Assembly: GCA_002269645.1 (NCBI GenBank)
Contig: NIVC01002533.1
Coordinates: forward strand, 99,474-163,473
Origin: Macrostomum lignano
Lineage: Eukaryota
Reading direction: 5' to 3'
DNA: 64,000 nt
A program made the position numbers and the translations under genes. The notes below the pieces were generated by a model. It was not told the DNA's origin and did no database searches. It saw nothing but the letters and a program-made list of their open reading frames with translations. Positions 1 through 12,700 of this stretch are shown here, piece by piece (position 1 is the stretch's first letter; every line of letters starts with the position of its first letter).

Positions 1-3000
1 GAGGCGAAATTGAGCAGCACAAGGCTGAGATTGAGGCTATGCGAGTTAAGCGAGATCAGTTGTTAGCTGATATTAGCGCTAAGCAGGTGCGTAACTGTGT
101 CATTGCCTCTCTGAATGAGCGACTCAAAAGTGAGTCATTTATGAGTCATCTCTTATGACTCATTGAGTCATTTCTTATGATGCCTCTAATTAATCATTAA
201 ATCATCTATTATGAGCCCTCTTAATGAGTGACTTGAAATGTGGTTTAGATCCGTTTTTTTGAATCTGGCTCTGTCCAGCCTCGTATATTTATGAGCAGCT
301 TAAAGTGGGTCATTTATAAGTGGTTCATTATGAGTCATCACCTATGACTCATTTAACAAGTGATCCAGTTTTTTGACTGGAATATATTTTTTATGACCCT
401 CCCTTCCAGGTTGATCTTGAGAAGAAGCGCTCAGCTGTTGAAGCAATCCAGCGTGCTAAAGAGGAACTGTCGCTGAAGCTGCTGCAGAGCGATCCCCTGG
501 AAGAGCATAGGAAAACGCTGGAATCTAATATTTCCACTAAGAAGAAGGACGTTGCTGAGGCTAAAGCCAAGTAATTACAGAGTTGAATTGTATATTGCTA
601 CATATTAGTTATTAGGTTAAAAGTACACACTAAAATTATATAACAGATTACAAAAGATTCAATTACGTATTGCTTCCAGATTACATGGTTATCATATTAG
701 ATTATATTATCTAATTAAACATTACTACAGATTAGATTGCAGATTGCTACACAGATTAGATTGCAGATTACTGCACAGATTAGATTGCAGATTACTGCAC
801 AGATTAGATTACAGATTGCTACACAGATTAGATTGCAGATTGCTACACAGATTAGATTACAGATTACTACACAGATTAGATTGCAGATTACTGCACAGAT
901 TAGATTGCAGATTACTGCACAGATTAGATTACAGATTGCTACACAGATTAGATTGCAGATTGCTACACAGATTAGATTACAGATTACTACACAGATTAGA
1001 TTGCAGATTGCTACACAGATTAGATTGCAGATTACTACACAGATTAGATTGCAGATTGCTACACAGATTAGATTGCAGATTGCTACACAGATTAGATTGC
1101 AGATTGCTACACAGATTAGATTGCAGATTGCTACACAGATTAGATTGCAGATTGCTACACAGATTAGATTGCAGATTGCTACACAGATTAGATTGCAGAT
1201 TGCTACACAGATTAGATTGCAGATTGCTACACAGATTGAATTACTACATATTCAATTTTAAATATTTAAATCCCTTCTGATGCAGATCAACAGAAGCTGA
1301 GCGAGCCCTCACCAAGCGAGGCGAAGAGCTGGCCAACACCAGAAACCGCATAGTCCGCAGTCGAACCGAGGCGGACAAAATTCGTGCAGAAATTTCCAAA
1401 GTGAAATCGCGAATACTACAAGAGCAACAGAAGCAGCAAAAGCAGACGCAGAAGCAGCCAACAGTGGAAAATGCCAAGCCAAAGCAGCCAGATTTCGGAG
1501 CCAATCTGTTCGGCGATAGCGACGACTTCTTTGCGCCTTCATCGACGTCGCCCTGGCCACCGACGGCGACAACTGGAGGAGGCGGCGGCGAAGAGGCCGC
1601 TGCTACAGCCGCTTCTGAGAATGGATTCGGCTGGGCCGACTCAGACTGGACCTCCACTGGCCCGACCGATAGCAACAATCTTGGCGATATGTTCTCGCAG
1701 CAGCAACAGCCGCAGCAAAAGAAGCCGATATCAACAGCTGGCAACGCCGTTTCGGGCCATAGAAGCTTTGAAGATGAAATTGAGGCGGAGAAGTCCAGTC
1801 AGGACAGGAAAAATTGGGAAGCGTTTCAAGCCGCTTTCGGTGGATTGAAACAAGCGCCTGCGGCGGCGGCCTCGGAGCCTGTTTATGACGATATTCGAAC
1901 GAGTTATCGAGCTCTGTACGATTTCACTGGCAGTCGGCACGACGAGATGTCCATTCAAGTTGGCGAGTTGATTATTGCTAGCGCTGCTGAGCAGACTGGG
2001 GTGGAAGCGAGTTGGTTGTTTGCTAGGTAATTTGAGCTAATTGTACTCTATTGTATGTTTAGGTACTCAAATATATACTTGGGTACTCAAATAGAATACT
2101 CAGATAGACACTTAGGTACTCAGATAGACACTTAAGTACTCAAATAGACACTTAGGTACTCGAATAGACACTTAGGTACTCAGATAGACACTTAGGTACT
2201 CAGATAGACACTTAGGTACTCAGATAGACACTTAGGTACTCAGATAGACACTTAGGTACTCATATAGACACGTAGGTACTTAACAGACACTTAGGTACTC
2301 AGATAGACACGTAGGTACTTAACAGACACAAGTACCCAGAATTCGTTAAGCAGACACTATATAGATATAAGACATATAAGATATATCTTAATGAAAATTT
2401 CTCCGTGTCCACAGATGCGGTTCCGACCGCGCCGGCCTGGTGCCTCGCAACTACGTCGCCGAAGAAGGCACGGCCGAGGCGGCCGCCGCCGAAGCAGCAG
2501 CAGCGGCCGAGCCCTACGACAAGCTGCCCAACGACGCTCCCCCAGTTCCAGCGTCGTTTCCACCCGGTGGACACGACGAAACAGCGAGCGCCTTCTCTAA
2601 GGTGACCAAACTGTCGGCGCCATACACGGCGGTTGCCATGGCCGAGCATCAGGCGGCCAGCCCGTCCGAGCTGAGTCTGACCATCGGCTGCGAGGTGAGC
2701 GTCAGCATGCGCAAGGACAACTGGCTGTTTGGCCGTTCAATGACTGACAGCTCGGAGGGTTGGTTCCCGTCTGGTTGCGTCACAACCGAGCAGCAGAGTA
2801 GCGACTATGTCAACGTGCCGGTAGTGGCTCCTCCTGCCTCGGCAACCGCCCAGCAACAGAGAATTGTTGTGTCGCTCTACCAGTTCGACAGCGGCACGCC
2901 TGGCGACTTGAATTTCGGCGTAGCAGAAGAAATTGTTGTGATTAGCGACGGCCTTGGCGGCTGGTGGGAAGGCTACCTGCGAAGGGACCCGGCGCAGAGG

Positions 3001-3203
3001 GGCATTTTCCCCGCTAACTTTGTCACCGAGAGGGCCGGCTCGGCTGCTTCCGGTGCGTGCTAGAGATGCTTGTGGCTTGTTTCGTCTGTGTGCCTGTCTG
3101 TCTGTGTCTGTGTGCCTGTCTGTCTGTCTGTCTGTGTCTGTGTGCCTGTCTGTGTGTCTGTCTGTGTCTGTGTGCCTGTCTGTCTGTGTCTGTGTGCCTG
3201 TCG

Positions 3204-3241
<38 letters not shown>

Positions 3242-3438
3242 GTGCCTGTCTGTCTGTCTGTCTGTCTGTCTGTGTGCCTGTCTGTCTGTCTGTCTGTGTC
3301 TGTGTGCCTGTCTGTCTGTCTGTCTGTCTGTCTGTGTGCCTGTCTGTCTGTCTGTCTGTGTCTGTGTGCCTGTCTGTCTGTCTGTCTGTGTCTGTGTGCC
3401 TGTCTGTCTGTCTGCCTGTCTGTCTGTGTCTGTGTGCC

Positions 3439-3488
<50 letters not shown>

Positions 3489-3516
3489 CCTGCCTGTCTG
3501 TCTGTCTGTCTGTCTA

Positions 3517-3559
<43 letters not shown>

Positions 3560-3614
3560 GCCTGCCTGCCTGTCTGTCTGTCAGTGTGTCTGACTGTCTG
3601 CCTGTCTGCCTGCC

Positions 3615-3657
<43 letters not shown>

Positions 3658-3667
3658 GTGCCTGTCG

Positions 3668-3717
<50 letters not shown>

Positions 3718-3727
3718 GTGCCTGTCG

Positions 3728-3783
<56 letters not shown>

Positions 3784-6700
3784 CTGTGTGTCTGGAAAAA
3801 CCTGGACCTCTCTCCCCTATACTGCTTTTATTTCCTGTCGCACAAAATTCTTTGTATTCAAAATTCAAAATTCTTGAAACGCATAAAATTCTTATATCAT
3901 CAATATTTTAGGCGCCGCGGCCGCCACATCTGACCCGTTCGGCGACGCGTCGGCGACCAGCGCCGCAGCAGATCCGTTCGCCGACGCCGCCTCCGCCTTC
4001 GACTCGGCGCCCAGCTCCGTATTCGATCAGCAGCCTCAGCAACAGCCTCAGCAACAGCCTCAGCAGCAGCCTCAGCAGCAGCAAGAAATCGCCATAGCAA
4101 CCGCCCCATTCGAAGCCGGCGGCGAGGGCCAGCTGTCGCTCCGAGTCGGCATGCGAATCGTAGTTAAAAAGAAGCCGGCCAGCGGCTGGTGGAACGGCGA
4201 AGTGGTTGAGAACGGCGTCAAACGTATCGGCTGGTTCCCAGCTTCCTATACTAAATTGGAACAACCCTCGGTTGCTAACGACCAGCGACCGGCATCCAGA
4301 CAGAGCGTCACCTCCAATCAGTCCATGCCTACCAGCGCCGCGCCCGTGGCCTCAGCTGCTCCCCAGGATCGGTTAAAGAAATCCTCAGTTCATACCGCTG
4401 GAGCCGCCTCCGTGTCCGCCTCCACCCCGGACCTGTTCGCCTCGGCTGGTAAGAAAGCCGCTACGCCTACATTATCAGGCTCCATGTCCGCTCAGCAGCA
4501 GCCCACGGCGGCGTTGTCAATGGCAACCAGCGATGACGCTCTATCGTCTAGTTATAACAAAGCTCCATCGTCTAGCGTTGAACGAGTGGTTGCTAAGTAT
4601 CGCTATCAGGCTCGAAATGACGACGAGTTGACGTTTGAAAAAGGAACAATTATCACGGTGAGTAGTTTGTAAGGCTAATTATTGTTTTGCAAATCCACTG
4701 TTTGTTCACGTGTTGTGTTCTTTATTAATCCCACTTTATTATGCTTCAATCTTATAATCCATTTTTATGTAGATTTTGCCTATGTTGATTGAGTTCATCA
4801 AAAAAATGCTAGGCCATAAAGGTGTGACGTTTTCGGAGTGAGATTTAGACATTTAGAGTGACAATTCATTGCAAGACTAAGATCATTTTCGGAGTGCTGT
4901 ATAATTTTATTTTTTAGAGTGACATTCTGGAATTGACATTTTCAGAGTGACATTATGGGAGTGCCATTTCCAGAGTGACATTATGGGAGTGCCATTTCCA
5001 GAGTGACATTATGGAAGTGCCATTTTTAGAGTGACATTATGGGAGTGTCATTCCTAGAGTGACACTATGGAAGTGCCATTTCTAGAGTGACATTATGGGA
5101 GTGCCATTTCTAGAGTGACATGGGAGTGCCATTTTCAGAGTGACATTATAGGAGTGCTATTTCCAGAGTGACATTATGGGAGTGCCATTTTTAGAGTGAC
5201 ATTATGGGAGTGCCATTTTTAGAGTGACATTATGGGAGTGCCATTTTCAGAGTGACATTTTGGGAGTGAAATTTTTGGAGTTATAGAAGTATACAGAGTG
5301 GAGAATTAATTTGGAGTGACATTTTGGGAGTGAAATTTTTGGAGTTATAGAAGTATACAGAGTGGAGAATTAATTTGGAGTGACATTTTTTTCAAGTTTC
5401 AACATTGGCACCTATTATTGATTTATGGTCGAGCCACAGCCAGTTTAAAATTTCATAATTTCAATTTTATTATCCTAGCTGCTAATATACTGCAGGATGT
5501 ACTTTTTATAGTTGATTTTAGTAAACTGTAAAATTAAATTCAACTGTACCTTGGCAGATGAAATGTGTATATTTTATCCTAGAACTGTATCCCCCACTCA
5601 TTTGCAGGGGAATGATCATGAGAAGGATTAATTAATTCTCTATATATCAAAAGCTACAAATCATATCTTTTGATTGTTAAAACATTCGATTAATTTATAT
5701 TTCAATGACAATTTTGATTGATTTTAATTAATCATTCACTCTCTTAGAATTATAATAATCAAATAGGGTGCTTTTTAAATCATATTCAATTTATATATTC
5801 GACGATAACATTATTTAGTTAAATATATTTATAATATCACTACTTTATGAAAACTGATACTCTAATAGGCACAAAAATACAACGCAGGATAGAGTATCAT
5901 TCTAATAAATGTTTATAGATATTCATATCTTCAAATATGCTTCATTTTATTGACGATTTTCAATTATTTAGCGCCACCCTACCAGACTCTCCAGTGGGGT
6001 TATGCCACCCTCCCAGACTCTCCAGTGGGGTTATGCCACCCTCCCAGACTCTCCAGTGGGGTTATGCCACCCTCCCAGACTCTCCAGTGGGGTTATGCCA
6101 CCCTCCCAGACTCTCCAGTGGGGTTATGCCACCCTCCCAGACTCTCCAGTGGGGTTATGCCACCCTCCCAGACTCTCCAGTGGGGTTATGCCACCCTCCC
6201 AGACTCTCCAATGGGGTTATGCCACCCTCCCAGACTCTCCAGTGGGGTTATGCCACTCTCCCAGACTCTCCAGTGGGGTTATGCCACCCTCCCAGACTCT
6301 CCAGTGGGGTTATGCCACTCTCCTAGACTCTCCAGTGGGGTTATGCCACCCTCCCAGACTCTCCAATGGGGTTATGCCACCCTCCCAGACTCTCCAATGG
6401 GGTTATGCCACCCTCCCAGACTCTCCAGTGGGGTTATGCCACTCTCCCAGAATCTCCAGTGGGGTTATGCCACTCTCCCAGAATCTCCAGTGGGGTTATG
6501 CCACTCTCCCAGACTCTCCAGTGGGGTTATCCCACTCTCCCAGACTCTCCAGTGGGGTTATGCCACCCTCCCAGACTCTCCAGTGGGGTTATGCCACCCT
6601 CCCAGACTCTCCAGTGGGGTTATGCCACTCTCCCAGACTCTCCAGTGGGGTTATGCCACCCTCCCAGACTCTCCAGTGGGGTTATGCCACTCTCCTAGAC

Positions 6701-9700
6701 TCTCCAGTGGGGTTATGCCACCCTCCCAGACTCTCCAATGGGGTTATGCCACCCTCCCAGACTCTCCAATGGGGTTATGCCACCCTCCCAGACTCTCCAG
6801 TGGGGTTATGTCACCCTCCCAGACTCTCCAGTGGGGTTATGGCACCCTTCCTGACCATCCAGTGTGGTTATGCCACCCTCCCAGACTCTACAGTGGGGTT
6901 ACGTCACCCTCCCAGACTCTCCAGTGGGGTTATGCCACCCTCCCAGACTCTCCAGTGGGGTTATGCCACCCTCCCAGACCCTCCAGTGGGGTTATGCCAC
7001 TCTCCCAGACTCTCCAGTGGGGCTATGCCACCCTTCCTGACCCTCCAGTGGGGTTATGCCACTCTCCCAGACTCTCCAGTGGGGTTATGCCACCCTCCCA
7101 GACTCTCTAGTGTGGTTATGCCACCCTCCCAGACTCTCCAGTGGGGTTATGCCACCCTCCCAGACTCTCCAGTGGGGTTATGCCACTCTCCCAGACTCTC
7201 CAGTGGGGTTATGCCACCCTCCTAGACTCTCCAGTGGGGTTATGCCAATATGTAGCACTGACTAATGAGTAATAATATATAAGAGCGGGATTCTAAATGA
7301 ATTTTCTATATTAAGCTGCTAAGCCAAAGCCAATTTTTGCTAAAGTCATTATCAATTTTAGAGTATTTTTATTATTATCTTTCTTGTACATACCATTATT
7401 TTATATGATTCATTTGACTCGCTTAGCAAAATTAATTAAACAGTAGTATGTTAGGTACATCTGATTCTAAACATGATTAAATGGCTGGCTGTGTTAGACT
7501 TTTAATTACTTTTAGTAAAGATTTTTTGATAGTAGTCGCGTAGATTAGGATATTGATCAAAGGATTTTTATAATTTCGACGTTTTTTACTTTCTTCATTA
7601 TGTTTTCACCCTAATGTCAACAATAGTGCAAGTTGTGTGCATGATAGATAGCGTTATGTTTTTAGAATTTCATTTCATAGCATCAAGTTTTTTATATTTA
7701 AAATTTGCTTTCAATTTACGTAAATAAGCAATAACGATTTCTGTTAATCTGCAGAACTTTTTCCTTATCAATACAAAATTTTTCGCAGAAATTTCATTAC
7801 GTCACAATTGTTTTTTCGCTGTCTTCTGATTCTTACCGGCGCGAAAATTCCATGACATCGCATGTCTGATTTTTTTCTTAAGGGGAGAAATTTTGTAGAC
7901 AAAGGAGAGATTGGATAGATAGACAAGGAAGAAATTGGGTAGATAGACAAGGGAGAGATTGGGTAGATACACAAGGGAGAGATTAGGTAGATAGACAAGG
8001 GAGAGATTGGGTAGATAGACAAGTAAGAGATTGGGTAGATAGACAAGGAAGAGATTGGGTAGACAGACAAGTAAAAGATTGGGTAGATAGACAAGTAAGA
8101 GATTGGGTAGACAGACAAGGGAGAGATTGGGTAGATAGACAAGGAAGAGATTGGGTAGACAGACAAGGGAGAGATTGGGTAGATAGACAAGGGAGAGATT
8201 AGGTAGATAGACAAGGGAGAGATTAGGTAGATAGACAAGGAAGAGAATGGGTAGATAGACAAAGAAGAGATTGGGTAGACAGACAAGGGAGAGATTGGGT
8301 AGATAGACAAGGAAGAGATTGGGTAGATAGACAAGGGAGAGATTAGGTAGATAGACAAAGAAGAGATTGGGTAGATAGACAAGGAAGAGATTGGGTAGAT
8401 AGACAAGGGAGAGATTAGGTAGATAGACAAAGAAGAGATTGGGTAGACAGACAAGGAAGAGATTGGGTAGATAGACAAGGAAGAGATTGGGTAGACAGAC
8501 AAGGGAGAGATTAGGTAGATAGACAAGGAGAGATTAGGTAGATAGACAAGGGAGAGATTGGGTAGACAGACAAGGGAGAGATTAGGTAGATAGACAAGGA
8601 GAGATTAGGTAGATAGACAAGGGAGAGATTGGGTAGACAGACAAGGGAGAGATTAGGTAGATAGACAAGGGAGAGATTGGGTAGATAGACAAGGAAGAGA
8701 TTGGGTAGACAGACAAGGGAGAGATTAGGTAGATAGACAAGGAGAGATTAGGTAGATAGACAAGGGAGAGATTGGGTAGACAGACAAGGGAGAGATTAGG
8801 TAGATAGACAAGGGAGACATTGGGTAGATAGACAAGGAAGAGATTGGGTAGACAGACAAGGGAGAGATTAGGTAGATAGACAAGGAGAGATTAGGTAGAT
8901 AGACAAGGGAGAGATTGGGTAGACAGACAAGGGAGAGATTAGGTAGATAGACAAGGGAGACATTGGGTAGATAGACAAGGGAGAGATTGGGTAGATAGAC
9001 AAGGGAGAGATTAGGTAGATAGACAAGGGAGACATTGGGTAGATGACAAGGAAGAGATTGGGAGTTGGAGCTGACAGGAAGTATACTAAAATTAGAGAAA
9101 GTCCCAGAAAAACGGCCGCATTGCCCCTAGCAACCAAGCCTTAGCAACAAGTAAATAAGCTATTCATTTGATCCAATCCTACCTGTCTTGCCCAGGTGAT
9201 CTCCAAAGACGAGCCAGACTGGCACAGGGGCAGGACGGCTAGCCTACGCGAAGGCCTCTTCCCTGTAAATTACGTTGAACCGCTGCCTCAGCAGGAGCCA
9301 AATCGCCAGATGGTGGTCAACGAGTTGACTAACAGCGAGAATACCTATTACAACGATCTGTTGGAGGTTTGGAATAAATTTCACGAGCCAATGCTAGAAT
9401 CTGGACTGCTGACGCAGGACCAGCTGGATGCCATCTTTCTGAATTGGACCGACCTGATGAACTGCTCCTACAGTCTGCTCATGGCTTTGAAGGTGAGCTG
9501 CTTGTTGTTGCGTTGCTTTTTAATGGGGAAATCTTTATGGGTTATCGTGTCTGCATAGATTATCGTGTCTATATAGATTATCGTGTGTCTGTGTGAATTA
9601 TCGTGTGTCTGTATGGATTATCGTGTGTCTGGATGGATTATCGTGTGTCTGTGTGGATTATCCTGTTTTTTATGGATTATCGTATGTCTGTGTGGATTAT

Positions 9701-12700
9701 CCTGTTTTTTATGCATTATCATGTGTTTGTGTGGATTATCGTGTGTCTATATAGATTATCATGTGTCTGTATAGATTATCGTGTGTCTGGATGCATTATT
9801 GTGTGTCTATATGGATTATCGTGTGTCTGTATAGATTATCGTGTGTCTGTATGGATTATCGTGTGTCTGTATGGATTACCGTGTGTCTGTATGGATTATC
9901 GTGTGTCTGTATGGATTATCGTGTGTCTGTATAGATTATCGTGTGTCTATATAGATTATCGTGTGTCTGTATGGATTATCGTGTGTCTGTATAGATTATC
10001 GTGTGTCTGTATAGATTATCGTGTGTCTGTATGGATTATCGTGTGTCTGTATAGATTATCGTGTGTCTATATAGATTATCGTGTGTCTATATGGATTATC
10101 GTGTGTCTGTATAGATTATCGTGTGTCTGTATGGATTATCGTGTGTCTGTATGGATTATCGTGTGTCTATATAGATTATCGTGTGTCTGTATGGATTATC
10201 GTGTGTCTGTATTGATTATCGTGTGTCTGTATGGATTATCGTGTGTCTGTATGGATTATCGTGTGTCTGTATGGATTTTCGTGTGTCTGTATGGATTATC
10301 GTGTGTCTGTATGGATTATCATGTGTCTGTATGGATTATCGTGTGTCTGTATGGATTATCATGTGTCTGTATAGATTTTACCAAACTATACAAACTTGAT
10401 CAGGTACGCAAAGAGGGCGGCACAGACGCCATCGGTGACATCATGCTGCAGCACCTGCCCCAGCTCACCTGCTACGTCAGATTCTGCGGCAGGCAGAGCG
10501 CGGCTACTCAACTGCTCACTCAACGGATTAACTCCGTGCCCGAGCTCGCCCAACTAGTTCGCCACTGCGAGCAGCAGACCTCTAGCGGCAAGCTGATGGG
10601 TTTAATTCAATATTTTGTTAAGCCTATGCAAAGAATCACTCGCTATCCGCTGCTGATTGAGAAGCTGCTCAAAGCTACGCCCGAGTCGCATCCGGACAGG
10701 GGCAGTCTGCAGGAGGCTCTGGATGAGGCTAAGAAGCTGTGCCAGACTGTCAATGAGAGCGTGCGAGAGACTGAGAACTCTGGCCGCTTGGAGTGGTGCC
10801 AGGTGAGTGCGGGGCCTTGCTGGTCTGGTGAGTGAGTGACTGAGTCACTGAGTGAGGGAGCGAGTGAGTGAGTGAGTGAATGAGGGAGCGAGTGAGTGAG
10901 TGAGGGAGCGATTGAGTGAATGAGGGAGCGAGTGAGTGAATGAGGGAGCGAGTGAGTGAATGAGGGAGCGAGTGAGTGAATGAGGGAGCGAGTGAGTGAA
11001 TGAGGGAGGATTGAGTGAGTGAATGAATGAGGGAGCGAGTGAGTGAATGAGGGAGCGAGTGAGTGAATGAGGGAGCGAGTGAGTGAATGAGGGAGCGAGT
11101 TAGTGAGTAAAGCAGGGAGCGAGTGAGTGAGTGAGTGAATGAATGAGGGAGCGAGTGAGTGAGTGAGTGAATGAGGGAGCGAGTGAGTGAGTGAATGAAG
11201 GAGCGAGTAAGTGAGTGAATGAGGGAGGATTGAGTGAGTGAATGAGGGAGCGAGTGAGTGAATGAGGGAGGATTGAGTGAGTGAATGAATGAGGGAGCGA
11301 GTGAGTGAATAAGGGAGCGAGTTAGTGAGTAAAGCAGGGAGCGAGTGAGTGAGTGAATGAATGAGGGAGCGAGTGAGTGAGTGAGTGAATGAGGGAGCGA
11401 GTGAGTGAGTGAATGAGGGAGCGAGTAAGTGAGTGAATGAGGGAGGATTGAGTGAGTGAATGAATGAGGGAGCGAGTGAGTGAGTGAGTGAATGAGGGAG
11501 CGAGTGAGTGAGTGAATGAGGGAGCGAGTAAGTGAGTGAATGAGGGAGGATTGAGTGAGTGAATGAATGAGGGAGCGAGTGAGTGAATGAGGGAGCGAGT
11601 GAGTGAATGAGGGAGGATTGAGTGAGTGAATGAATGAGGTAGCGGAATGAGGGAGCGAGTTAGTGAGTGAATGAAGTAGCGACTAGTAACACTTGCTCAT
11701 AGTTTGACTGACAGATTAAGCAGATCTGCATTCATCTATTCTCGAAAACAAACCAAACTCCCAGGAGCACGTGATCTGCGAAGGCCTGTCGGAGAAGCTG
11801 GTGTTCAACTCGCAGACCAACTGCCTCGGCCAGCGCCGCCTAGTGCACTGGGGCACCCTGTTCAAGCACAAGGGCGGCAAAGAGCTTGTGGTGTTTTTAT
11901 TCAACGATTTCCTACTGCTAACAGTGCCAGTCTTCAACACCCAGGGCCGGCCGTTTGTGTTCCCCTCGCTGGCTCTGGACGGCAATGCCGCGTCAGCTTC
12001 AGAAGACGATCAACTGGCCAACAGTCAGAAGCAGAAATACCGAATGTACAAGAGGCCGATTATACTGAACGATCTGATGACTGTACCAGAGCCAGATCGG
12101 GACAGCGGGACGGAGCCGCCGCTGCTCTGCATTCGGGTGCTGCCTAACGAGGACTGGGTGTTCCGCTGTCAGAGTGCTCAAGATCGGGACAGGTGGAAAG
12201 ATCGACTAACCAAAACTGCTAAGGAATATCACAATGCTACTGGTGAGGAGTGCTATGTGTGTTAAAGTAACAGTGGATAAATTTGCTTTTTTTGTCTTGT
12301 GCAATACATCTTACTTATGTATATTTAGTTTTTCCGTATCACTTGCTTCACTGCTCAGGACCGTGATACCATTTTTTTCATAAATTAAATCGTATCTCCT
12401 TATCATCTGTCTCAGTTCACATTATTTTTCCTTTCCTTTCTTCTCTTCTCTTTTCCCCATCGCTTCACGCCTCTCATCATTGCCTCTTATCCCTTATCCC
12501 CTCTTATCCCTTCTTATCCCTATCATTCCCTCTTATCCCTTCTTATCCCCTCTCATCCCCTCTCATCCCCTCTTATCCCCTCTTATCCCCTCTCATCCCT
12601 TATCATTCCCTCTTATCTCTTCTTATCCCCTCTCATTCCTTCGCATCCTTTTTTATACCCTCATCCCTTCGTATCCCCTTTTGTCCCTTTCATCCCTTTG

